From Neocallimastix sp. 'constans' (taxonomy: Eukaryota), in NCBI GenBank assembly GCA_050613775.1, contig JBODTK010000016.1, forward strand, positions 62,001 through 126,000: DNA of 64,000 nt, in the 5' to 3' direction. How positions within the stretch are numbered: the first letter of the stretch is position 1; each line of letters begins with the position of its first letter. The notes below the pieces were generated by a model. That model made no database searches and was not told the DNA's origin. It worked only from the letters and a program-made list of their open reading frames with translations. Both the position numbers and the translations under genes were made by a program. Below are positions 45,005 to 55,609 of the stretch, in pieces.

Positions 45005-46732
45005 ATGAGAGAAGCAAATTTTTCAAATTTCGCTTTAAATAGAGCAGCTATTGTCATAACAAATAATTCATATGATCGTCGCGCTCTTGATAGTTCTTCA
45101 ACACTTCCATTAGGTATTAGTTTAAATAATTTATTAACACTTTGTACAATTTCAAAGAAAATTAGAGAACAAATATCTAAAGATGGTGCAGTTGAACAAC
45201 TTGTATGTATATTAAAGAATAGAAAATATAGAAATATGCAAAATAAGATATGGTCATTGGCTTTTCGTTGTTTAGCTATAACAGCTATTCGTGGTAATGG
45301 AAAAATAAGAAGAAAGATTATTTATTCCGGTACTATTCCAATTATTGTTGAATGTCTTTTGTTGCAATTTCAAAAGGTTGTTGAACATATTCAAAAGGAA
45401 CAAATTGAAATGTATCTTAGTTATCAAACAGAATCACCCCAATTAATTTCTGGTAATGAACAATCAGATACGTCTATTAATGAAAACGAAAATACTTCAA
45501 ATGTTTCTTATCTTAATGATGAAGTAAGTGTTAATGCTCCATTCCTTTATAATTCAACACTTTCTTCTTCTCCAAAGTATCAAAGTTATTTATATAATGA
45601 AATGGCATTATCTAATAATGGTACTAATGAAAATGTAAATGTTGCTACTGCTATCTCTCCATTAATGATTGGAGGACGTCGTCGTCGTCGTAGCAGCGGT
45701 GGTAGCAGTTTTAGTGGTTTATTAGGTAGTACTTCACCACAAGGTAAATCTCAACAAGAATTACTTTCTTTTTATTGTTATAAACAAAATATTGTTAAGT
45801 ATATGTGGCATCATGTAAAGAAACAAGGTCAAAGTCATAATTCTTCCAAAAGTAATAGTAGTAATGGTAGAATTAATAGCCTTGATAATATTAGAGAAGA
45901 AGAAACTAATGAATCCGTCAATATTCAAGAAAGTACAAATAATCTCGATCTTATTGCCAATCCAATTCCACAACCTCAACCAATAATAGAAAATACTAAT
46001 AATAATGAAACTAATAGCTCTCTAGATAATTCTGATACTTCTACCGTATCAAGTAACGGTCAAAGTTTAAATGGTAACGTTTATAAGATTTTAAATCTTT
46101 CAGAAATTTATCCAAGTATTTTCAAGAAATTAAAGTTTTCAGTTGATGATTTTGTTTTGGCACTTAAAATGATTGCTTGTACCTGTAAATATAGTGATAT
46201 TCGTAGTATCATGAGTAATCAAAGCCATTTAGAACATGATATCTATCAACTTATTGAATTCTTTACTACTTCTTCTCATCCACCAGAAGTCCGTTATTGG
46301 GCTACTATTATTATGCGTAATGCCTTTAAGAAGAACAGTCAAAATTTAAGAATGTGTTCTAATCTTAATTGTTTAAAAATGGAATCCTATCCAAGAGAAT
46401 TCTCTAAATGTGGTCGTTGTCAAGTTAATGCTTATTGTTCACGTGAATGTCAAAAGGCAGCCTGGATCACAGGTCATCGTCATTGGTGTGTTGACTATTC
46501 TACGATTCAACAATTTAATTCACAAGCAGCAGCTAATGCTGCTCATTCTATTAATCTTACAACAGGTGTTGCTAATCGTAGTTTATATATTAGTACTAAC
46601 GCTTCTGCAAATACAGCTTTAGCCCCACAACAACAACAACAATTGTTACAACAAGTATTGACATTACAACGTCAACAATTATTACAACAGCAGCAACAAC
46701 AAGCAGTAAACCCAACTACAACTTCAGCATAA
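45005..46732 (+). CDS. samB: MYND-type zinc finger protein, SamB/Mub1-like, single exon, 575 aa
   Basis: N-terminal MREANF...NRAAIVIT...YDRRALD signature of the fungal SamB/Mub1 family, WATIIMRN, and MYND finger CSNLNC...FSKCGRC...YCSRECQKAAW...HRHWC; Gln-rich tail. Confidence 0.9.
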   Translation: MREANFSNFALNRAAIVITNNSYDRRALDSSSTLPLGISLNNLLTLCTISKKIREQISKDGAVEQLVCILKNRKYRNMQNKIWSLAFRCLAITAIRGNGKIRRKIIYSGTIPIIVECLLLQFQKVVEHIQKEQIEMYLSYQTESPQLISGNEQSDTSINENENTSNVSYLNDEVSVNAPFLYNSTLSSSPKYQSYLYNEMALSNNGTNENVNVATAISPLMIGGRRRRRSSGGSSFSGLLGSTSPQGKSQQELLSFYCYKQNIVKYMWHHVKKQGQSHNSSKSNSSNGRINSLDNIREEETNESVNIQESTNNLDLIANPIPQPQPIIENTNNNETNSSLDNSDTSTVSSNGQSLNGNVYKILNLSEIYPSIFKKLKFSVDDFVLALKMIACTCKYSDIRSIMSNQSHLEHDIYQLIEFFTTSSHPPEVRYWATIIMRNAFKKNSQNLRMCSNLNCLKMESYPREFSKCGRCQVNAYCSRECQKAAWITGHRHWCVDYSTIQQFNSQAAANAAHSINLTTGVANRSLYISTNASANTALAPQQQQQLLQQVLTLQRQQLLQQQQQQAVNPTTTSA

Positions 46733-47016
46733 ACAATATCTGTATTGTTATAATATGAAAGAGTATTCATTTATTTATAAAATTCATCATTTATCCCTTC
46801 CCAGAATAAAAATAAATTATTATTTATACACATATAAACAAAAAAAAAAAAGTAAAAAAAATAATAAATAAAAAAAAAGAAAGAAAGAAAGAAAGAAAAA
46901 AATTTAAAAAAAGAAAAAAAGAAGAAAGAAAAAATTAAACAAAAAAAAAAAAAAAAGAAAAAAAAAAAAAAGAGAAAACCGTAGTATAATAAGTAATTTT
47001 ATAGATTTAGTAAGAA

Positions 47017-47055
<39 letters not shown>

Positions 47056-48213
47056 CTTCTTCTTCCTTTTGTTTTTTCATTTCTTTTTTTCATAATAGAT
47101 TAAATTTATTTATTTATTTTTTTATATTTTTTTTTATTAATAACCTTTTTTATTTTTTGCCATATATTTAAAGATTAATTTAATAATAAGTTAAATTAAT
47201 TAGAAAATTTTTAATCATAAAATATAATTATCAACAATACAAGTAATTATTATTACCTTCAAAATCATCAGTAATCACCAAAAAAAGAAAAAAAAAAAAA
47301 AAAAGAGAGAGAGAGAAAAAGAAAATATATTTTCTTCTTCTTTTTATTTAAGTATTTATTAATTTTCATTGTAAGGAAGAATAATAAATTTAAGAGAAGA
47401 AAAAAAAAAAAAAAAAAAAAAAAGAAAAAAAAACATATATAGATTATTCTATAAATACAAAAAAAAAAAACAAAAAAACAAAAAAACAAAAAAACAATAT
47501 ATATATTTTTTTCTTTTTTAAATCATCAATTATCAATCATAATCATAATGCACACACTATTTATATTTATCATAAAATACAACTCATAGAATTTCACTTT
47601 ATTTTATTTTGTTTTATATTAATAATTGGAAAGAGTACTTTTAAAAAAAATAAAAAATAAAAAAAAATAAAAAAAAATAAGGAAAGAAACAAAATAAAAT
47701 AAAGTAATAAAATTTAAATTCACATACATAATTTATTCCATAATTTATTAATATATAAATTTATTTAATTTTATAAATAGAATTCTATTTAATTAATTAA
47801 GCTTTATATATATTCAATTTCTAATCATAATGCATAATATTTTTTTTTTTAATGTTTTAAAAAAAAAAAATAATAATAAATTAAAATACAAACAGCAAGA
47901 GCAAAGAACGTAATTCAGCTAACATAATATCAATAAAAAAGTAGTTAAAAAAAAAAAAATACTGAAAAAAATATATTATATATATAGTAAATTAGTAAAT
48001 TTATATAAATATTAATATATTTGTGATTTAAATGATAAACCTTTTTTTTTTTTTAAACTATAAAATCAAAAAAACAACTAAAATAGTTATAAAATATAAA
48101 CCAAATTGTTTAAAAATAAAAACAATAAGAAAAATATTAATTTTTATTTTAGTTTTTTATTAAAGCAAACAGACAAGCAAATAAAAAAAAAATTAAATAA
48201 CTAAATCTAAATA

Positions 48214-48252
<39 letters not shown>

Positions 48253-49131
48253 AAAATCAAAAATATATAAATAAAAACCAGCGAAACAGAAAACAAAACC
48301 AAAACAAAAACAAAAAAACAAAAAAACAAAAAAATAAAAAAATAAAAAAAAAAACAAAAAAAAAACAAAAAAAAAAAATCAACGAATATACGAAACACAT
48401 ACGGCAAACAATCATGTTTTTTTTTTTTAGAAAGTTAAAAAAAAAAAAAAAAAAAAAACATGCAAACAAACAAACGAACATATATACATAAAATATTATA
48501 TATATATATATAAAATTATATTTTTAAAATTGTTAAAAATATAAATAATCCTAATAATAATCATAATAATAATAATAAAAAAAGAAAAAATAAAATCAAT
48601 ATATTAATATTATTTTAATTTTTCTCTTTTGTCATTTAATTAAAAAAAAAATATTAAAAAGTTATATAGAATATATAGAGTTAAATAATAATAATAATAA
48701 TAATAATATATATATAAAAAAAAAAAAAAAAAAAAAAAAATAAGAAAAACAAAAGAAAGGAAAAATATCTTTGCATTTTGTTAGTTTCATTATACAAAAA
48801 CTTTATGAATAAAGTATTTTATATAATATAAAAAACAAACCAAAAAAAGTTATTATTAGTGTTTGAAGTGTTTTTTTTAATGAATTTTAAGTGTCATCTA
48901 TTGTAAAATTTATTATTTCATAATTTAAATAATATTTTATTATTTTATTTTTTTATATTATTTGTTATTTAATGATTTTGATATTTTTTATCAAAAAGAT
49001 TTATAAGGTATATTATTATATTATTGTATGTTATTGTACATTATTGATTATTTTTAATGGAATATTTTCTTCCTGGTCTAAAAAAAAAAAAAAAAAAAAA
49101 AATCTAATATTAATATTCAAAATAAAATATT

Positions 49132-49380
49132 ATTGTCTTGTTGGCCCCTACTAAATCCTATCTTAAAAACCTTCTAAATAAAACTCATGATTTGGAGTAT
49201 CAAAAATGAAATGACCTTTGATATTATGAAATGCCCTACGTTTATTGTATTCAATCAAAGAACTTTATATACCTTCAAGAAATTATGAAAATCCTATATT
49301 TAAGCTAGGTAATGCTCCGTCTACAGAGCACTAATCAATACGCATCTATCTATCTTGGAATACCTTTCAATGAATCATTG
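49132..49380 (+). mobile_element. Degenerate LINE RT fragment of the same family as 8477-12361
   Basis: Translates across frameshifts to IVLLAPTKSYLKNLLNKTHD/WSIKNEMTFDIMKC...YENPIFKLG...YLGIPFNESL, aligning with 10710-10945. Confidence 0.85.
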
Positions 49381-49549
49381 GAAAAGGTCCTCTTGTATTA
49401 TTTTCCATTTTCTTATAATAATAAGAAAATCGAAAGTAATAAATGAAATCTATGTAAGTTTTTTTTTTTTTAGATTTTAAAAAAAAAAACATAAATATTT
49501 TTAAATATAATAAAATCAATATAATTAAACATTAAGAATATATATATAA

Positions 49550-49830
49550 TGTTAGATTTTTCAAACTAAAATTCCTTCTCTAAAATTAATAATAAAAATT
49601 TTTTCTATATGAAATTATAAAGTTATATTAAAAACTTAATTTATTATAAATTTAAATTTAATAATTTCACTTTAACTATTATATTAAAATGGCTTAGATA
49701 AAATAAATTTTTTACTTTAATTATTATAATAAAAGGTCCTTCCTATAAATATGATAGAAGAAAGAATTACAAAACCAAAATAAAGTGAAATATCATATTT
49801 TTTACAATAATAAAATAATTATATAATTAA

Positions 49831-49867
<37 letters not shown>

Positions 49868-50157
49868 TATAAATACATATGTAGTTTCATTTTTTAAAAA
49901 ATAAGAGAGAAAAAAAAAAAAAAAGAGAAATTTGTTTTTTTTTGTAAAATATAACGAGAGAAGTTATATTTATAAAAGAAAAGTGTATTTTTAATAAATA
50001 AAAGTAAACAAAAGAAAAATTTTATTTTTGTGTTATTAAATTTATTATTATAGATAATAATAAATTTTTGTATTAAATTTTATATTAAATAAAGTTTTAT
50101 TAAAAAATAAATTTTCTGTACACCATTGAGCTTTATTAGCGGGACTTATTTCTAAAA
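49550..50157 (+). repeat. 5' LTR
   Basis: Starts TGTTAGA, ends TCTAAAA, and matches 54581-55189. Confidence 0.93.
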
Positions 50158-50173
50158 GATTAAGAGTCTCACG
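50158..50173 (+). other. Primer-binding site complementary to the anticodon arm of tRNA-Lys(CTT)
   Basis: GATTAAGAGTCTCACG directly after the LTR. Its reverse complement CGTGAGACTCTTAATC is a tRNA-Lys(CTT) anticodon stem-loop sequence. Confidence 0.8.
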
Positions 50174-50240
50174 AAAGGAACACTAAAACATAATTTATAA
50201 ATATTAATAAAAATAAAATAAAAAGGGAATATTAATAAAA

Positions 50241-51119
50241 ATGGACAGAATAATCCTTAACAAAAGAAACTATAAAATCTGGAGTAATTTAATAATGGGT
50301 GAACTGGAGGAAGCTAACCTTGAACATGCAGTTACTCTAAATCATAGTGATAATACAACAGAAGGTACTACAGAAGGTACTACAGAAGGCATTACTGAAG
50401 GAACCCTGAATGTTAATACTATTTCAGCTAAAGAAGACTCAAAAGCAAAAAGGATCATATATAAGCATTTGAGTGAAGTAACATGGGAAAAAGTGGAGGA
50501 TATTGACACAGCTTATGAACTTTGGGAATATCTTAAAGTATACTATTGTGAAACTGATGAAGAAAAAATAAAAAAATATAAAAAGACTCTTGATGAACTA
50601 GTATATAAAGGAGAAGATGTCAGATTGTTTATTGTTGACTTTGAGAATCTTTGGAATAAATATGTTAAGGCAGTAAAAAGTGTAGATCCATTGGACAAAG
50701 AGATAAAGCAATCCAATAAATTATATTACCTCCGCAACAGTTTCAAAAAACATTATCCGAATATTTATGAAAGACTTACATATGCTGTTGTTAAAGAAGA
50801 AGATATGACAGTTATAAAGCAAATGATCGAGTTATCATTAAATGAAAAGAAAACAAATGATATAAAAAATGAAAAGAACAAACAGGAAATAAAACATTTT
50901 AATCCTCATTATGATGCACAACCAGTTTATAGAAAGAAGTGCCACCTTTGTGGATCAATAGATCATCTTATTAATCAATGCAGCTTAAGAGATTCTTATA
51001 ACAACTGGAAAAGAACTGAACAAGAAAAACTAAAAGAAAAAGAAAAATCCTTCAACATAGAAGAAAACTACAATGTTGATACTAATGAGGAGAATCCAAG
51101 CAACAACAATTCTTTTTAA
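50241..51119 (+). CDS. gag: Copia Gag, 292 aa
   Basis: LNKRNYKIW N-terminus, TAYELWEYL (UBN2/gag-type), CCHC knuckle CHLCGSIDHLINQC, short (T/I)TEG tandem repeat. Confidence 0.9.
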   Translation: MDRIILNKRNYKIWSNLIMGELEEANLEHAVTLNHSDNTTEGTTEGTTEGITEGTLNVNTISAKEDSKAKRIIYKHLSEVTWEKVEDIDTAYELWEYLKVYYCETDEEKIKKYKKTLDELVYKGEDVRLFIVDFENLWNKYVKAVKSVDPLDKEIKQSNKLYYLRNSFKKHYPNIYERLTYAVVKEEDMTVIKQMIELSLNEKKTNDIKNEKNKQEIKHFNPHYDAQPVYRKKCHLCGSIDHLINQCSLRDSYNNWKRTEQEKLKEKEKSFNIEENYNVDTNEENPSNNNSF

Positions 51120-51127
51120 TTGAATGG

Positions 51128-54100
51128 GTGGTTGATTCAGGGACCACTCAAACTATAGTTAATAATCCTGAAATTTTAAAAAATAAAGAATTAAAAAACA
51201 GCATAATCAACTTTCTTAATAATAAAAGTAATAAGTCTAACATTTCTGGTAAATTAAAGATCAAAATAGGACCAGAGATAATAAGTATAGATGATGCTAT
51301 TTTATTTAAGAATGGAAGAAGGAATTTATTATCTATAATAGATTTGTTAGATAACAATATTAGCTGTTTATTCTACAACCAAAACAATAAAAAATATTTA
51401 AAATTATTCAAAGATAATATCAACCAATTGAAAATAAACAAAGTCATAGATATTATTGAAATCGATAATGGTTTATTTAAAATTTTAACCAACTCTAATG
51501 ATAATAATAAAATAGTAAGTAAGAATAAAAACAAAAAGATAATTGAAAATTATTTAGTAGAACCTGCCAATGATAAATTAAAAAAATTTATATGGCATAA
51601 TAGGTTTTTACATTATGATATAAAATATTTACAAGATAAAATTAAAAACATCAATGTTTCATTAAAAACGTGTAAGGATTGCAATGTATCTAAAATTAAT
51701 AAACTGCCTAATAAAACCAGTAATCTTAGAGCAAAATCCAGAGGAGACTTAATTTATAGTGACTTGCTCGAATTCAATAAAGGTAATAAAGGTATTGAAG
51801 GAGTAAATGGCGAAAATTATTCTATCATCTTTGTTGATGATTTTTCAAGGAAAATTTGGATATATAACATTGTGAGCAAAAGAGAAGTTGGTAACATAGT
51901 TACTAAATTCTTTAATTATTTGAAGAATCATTTTGATCTGGACATCAAATATTTCAAAACTGACGGTGCACCAGAATATAGTACACCATTATTAAACGAA
52001 CTATATGACAAACATGGAACCATACACCTTACCACTGCGCCAAAAAATCCTGAGGAACTAGGAAGGTCAGAAAGGAATAATAGATCTCTCGAAAACTGTA
52101 TAAAAACAATACTTAGATATTCAAACCTAAATCTTAAATACTGGCCATATGCCATAAAAAATGCAGTAGATATTAAAAATATAATACCACATAAAGGTAT
52201 CAATAATAAAATACCTGACTTAGAATGGTATGGTCCTCACCATAATATCAGGTACGATAAATTAAGAGCTTTTGGTTGTTTTGCCACCTATGATAGACAA
52301 GAAAATGCAAACAAACTACATATATTCAAGAAATTCGGAATAAATCTAGGTAGAGCAGAAAATGCAAATGCTTATAAAATCCTGGACATACAAAATGGAA
52401 CCATATATTTAAGGAGAAATGTAGAATTTTATGAAACCAAATTTATTAAAACTAAAGATATTGATATATTTAACATTAATAAAGAAATAATTTCAGACAA
52501 CATAGAAGATTTAAATAATGTTGAATTTTATCAAGACCTAATCCTTGAAGATCTTATTGATGAATTTGAAAATAATGAAAATTTAGAAAAGAATAATGAA
52601 ATTAATATTACTGAAGAAAATATTGACAATAACAATTATAATGAGAATACAAATTCTAATAAAAATGAAGACATTGTTAATAAACAAAATAATGATGAGG
52701 ACGATATTATTTCAAGTAGCGAATATGAACCGCTAAATATCAGATTAAATAAAATAAAAGAGAACAATAATGAAGAAATTAAAAATAATAATTATATAAG
52801 TGGTACAGAAAGCGACATAGAAAGTAACTATAATACATCCAGCGATGAATTAGTACCATTAAATATCAGAAAAATGAAAAGAAAGATAGTCTCATCCTCT
52901 AATGATGAAGATAATCAAAATCACAAACGTATTGAAAAGGACCCAAATATAATAGGTGAAGCTAACCATGCTGAAATATGGAATAATTTGCCAGAAATAA
53001 ATTCAAAAGAAGTTTTCATTCCTAGTAATATACAAGAAGCACTGAGACGCAAGTTTAAAACTTATTGGATAATTGCCATCAATGAAGAACTAGAAAACTA
53101 TGATGCGCATAAAACAGCTACAAAAATAAACAAGAGTCAAATAGAGAAAAACAGAAAGTTAATAAAATTAATATGGATTTTTTCTTTAAAAACTGATGAA
53201 AATAATAAAGTATTAAAATTTAAGGCAAGACTAGTGGCCAAAGGATACACCCAAAAGAAAAATATAGATTACTTCGCAATATATTCTCCAACGTTGGAAT
53301 ATGAGTCCCTCAGATACCTTATTGCCTACGCCGCCAGACATCACTATGATTGCTACCAATTGGATATTAAAGGTGCATATTTAAACTCAAAAATCGTTAC
53401 TGATATTTATACAGAAATACCAGTATCTCATCCTGACTATGAAGATGGTTACTGTTGGAAATTAAATAAAGCACTATACGGTCTAAAACAGGCAGGCAGA
53501 CTTTGGTATGAAGAAATTAATAATACATTAATTAATAAATTAAGATTTAATAAAACATATGCCGATAGTAACATATATTATAAAATCATTAATGATAATG
53601 AAAAAGTGATCATAGGTCTATACGTAGACGATATGATCATCATAGGAAACATTAGTAATATCCAAAACACCATAAAGGAAATAAAATATGTATACACTGT
53701 TTCAAAATCAGAAGAAATAGATAGTATATTAGGGATTAAAATTACAAAAACTAACGTAGGAGAATACACTATGGATCAGTCAAAGTATATTATTAATAAA
53801 TTAAACGAATATGATATTAAAGAAGAGAAAAATAATCCATATTCAGAAATAACTGATAGTGATCTAAATAAACAAAAGGTAGATCCCACTAAATATAGAT
53901 CAGCAATAGGATCACTAATTCACTTAGCAAGATGCACTAGACCAGATATTAGCGAAACAATAAGTAAACTATCAACTAAAAGGAACAATCCCACTATTAA
54001 AGATTGGAAAATATTATTAAATGTTTTTAAATATTTAAATAAAACTAAGAATTTTTATTTAAGATTTGACGATAAAGAAGACATTATGGCTTACTCAGAT

Positions 54101-54547
54101 GCAAGCTTTGGACCAAAAGAAGATGACAATAATGCAAAATCAACTACTGGATACATAATATATATTGGAAGTGCACCTGTATGTTGGAGATCAAAAAAGC
54201 AAAAATTCACAGCTAGAAGTACCACTGAAGCTGAGTTCAATGCAACTGCAGATCTAATCGAAAAGATCATTTGGTTAAATAATTTAAATAAAGAATTAGA
54301 AGGGAGAGTTTTATTATGTCAAACATTCTGTGATAACCTTAGTAATATTAAAATATTAACTAATGAAAAAAGAACTAATTCGTCAAAACACTTTGATATA
54401 GATTATTCTTATGTAATGGATTATATAAAGGAGGACTTTATCAACATCTCTTATATCAATTCCAACAATATGTTAGCAGATATTCTAACTAAAAGAATCA
54501 GTAAGGACTCTTTTAATTACTTTATTGATAACACTTTTTATTATTAA
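51128..54547 (+). CDS. pol: Copia Pol (protease, integrase, RT, RNase H); open frame begins a few codons upstream and overlaps the gag end
   Basis: WVVDSG protease; WHNRFLH and CKDC zinc motif; IYSD, KTDG and SERNNR (DDE); FKARLVAKG, QLDIKGAYLN, LYGLKQAGRLW, YVDD; RNase H YSDASF, TEAE, CDN, MLADILTK. Confidence 0.95.
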   Translation: MVDSGTTQTIVNNPEILKNKELKNSIINFLNNKSNKSNISGKLKIKIGPEIISIDDAILFKNGRRNLLSIIDLLDNNISCLFYNQNNKKYLKLFKDNINQLKINKVIDIIEIDNGLFKILTNSNDNNKIVSKNKNKKIIENYLVEPANDKLKKFIWHNRFLHYDIKYLQDKIKNINVSLKTCKDCNVSKINKLPNKTSNLRAKSRGDLIYSDLLEFNKGNKGIEGVNGENYSIIFVDDFSRKIWIYNIVSKREVGNIVTKFFNYLKNHFDLDIKYFKTDGAPEYSTPLLNELYDKHGTIHLTTAPKNPEELGRSERNNRSLENCIKTILRYSNLNLKYWPYAIKNAVDIKNIIPHKGINNKIPDLEWYGPHHNIRYDKLRAFGCFATYDRQENANKLHIFKKFGINLGRAENANAYKILDIQNGTIYLRRNVEFYETKFIKTKDIDIFNINKEIISDNIEDLNNVEFYQDLILEDLIDEFENNENLEKNNEINITEENIDNNNYNENTNSNKNEDIVNKQNNDEDDIISSSEYEPLNIRLNKIKENNNEEIKNNNYISGTESDIESNYNTSSDELVPLNIRKMKRKIVSSSNDEDNQNHKRIEKDPNIIGEANHAEIWNNLPEINSKEVFIPSNIQEALRRKFKTYWIIAINEELENYDAHKTATKINKSQIEKNRKLIKLIWIFSLKTDENNKVLKFKARLVAKGYTQKKNIDYFAIYSPTLEYESLRYLIAYAARHHYDCYQLDIKGAYLNSKIVTDIYTEIPVSHPDYEDGYCWKLNKALYGLKQAGRLWYEEINNTLINKLRFNKTYADSNIYYKIINDNEKVIIGLYVDDMIIIGNISNIQNTIKEIKYVYTVSKSEEIDSILGIKITKTNVGEYTMDQSKYIINKLNEYDIKEEKNNPYSEITDSDLNKQKVDPTKYRSAIGSLIHLARCTRPDISETISKLSTKRNNPTIKDWKILLNVFKYLNKTKNFYLRFDDKEDIMAYSDASFGPKEDDNNAKSTTGYIIYIGSAPVCWRSKKQKFTARSTTEAEFNATADLIEKIIWLNNLNKELEGRVLLCQTFCDNLSNIKILTNEKRTNSSKHFDIDYSYVMDYIKEDFINISYINSNNMLADILTKRISKDSFNYFIDNTFYY

Positions 54548-54570
54548 TTATTATTATGAAATTTTATTTT

Positions 54571-54580
54571 GAGGGGGGAG
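54571..54580 (+). other. Polypurine tract
   Basis: GAGGGGGGAG immediately before the 3' LTR. Confidence 0.92.
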
Positions 54581-55189
54581 TGTTAGATTTTTCAAACTAA
54601 AATTCCTTCTCTAAAATTAATAATAAAAATTTTTTCTATATGAAATTATAAAGTTATATTAAAAACTTAATTTATTATAAATTTAAATTTAATAATTTCA
54701 CTTTAACTATTATATTAAAATGGCTTAGATAAAATAAATTTTTTACTTTAATTATTATAATAAAAGGTCCTTCCTATAAAGGATATATATGATAGAAGAA
54801 AGAATTACAAAACTAAAATAAAGTGAAATATCATATTTTTTACAATAATAAAATAATTATATAATTAATATAAAAAAAAAAAAAAAAAAAAAAAAAATTT
54901 ATATAAATACATATGTAGTTTCATTTTTTAAAAAATAAGAGAGAAAAAAAAAAAAAGAGAAATTTGTTTTTTTTTGTAAAATATAACGAGAGAAGTTATA
55001 TTTATAAAAGAAAAGTGTATTTTTAATAAATAAAAGTAAACAAAAGAAAAATTTTATTTTTGTGTTATTAAATTTATTATTATAGATAATAATAAATTTT
55101 TGTATTAAATTTTATATTAAATAAAGTTTTATTAAAAAATAAATTTTCTGTACACCATTGAGCTTTATTAGCGGGGCTTATTTCTAAAA
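54581..55189 (+). repeat. 3' LTR
   Basis: TGTTAGA...TCTAAAA, followed by TSD TATAA. Confidence 0.93.
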
Positions 55190-55609
55190 TATAATATATT
55201 AATTTTTTTTTTTTTTTAATTAAATTTAAAAAATCTTAATTATTAAAATTATTATTGGACATATAATTTAAATTTTTTAATATTATTTATTAACAGAAAT
55301 GTTAATATAGTTTTAATAAAAAAATATATATATGTATATATATATATAATTAATATATATATAATTAATTTAATTAGTATTTTTTATTATTATTATTTTT
55401 TTTTATTTGTTTGATGTTATTAAATTTTTTGATATTATTTGCAAATATTAAGTTTATTTTATTAGGTTTTTATTTTTAAGAAGATATAGTTTTTTTCTTA
55501 AATTATAATACTTAAAAAAAAATTATATTCTATAATTAATAACTATATAAATAAATAAATAAATAAAAATTAGAATTTATACTATTATTCTATTATTATT
55601 ATATGAATT

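Larger units (their letters stand above)
49550..55189 (+). mobile_element. Complete Ty1/copia LTR retrotransposon with 5-bp TSD TATAA
   Basis: Two near-identical ~608-bp LTRs; TATAA at 49545-49549 and 55190-55194; PBS, gag, pol in PR-IN-RT-RH order, and PPT. Confidence 0.96.
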
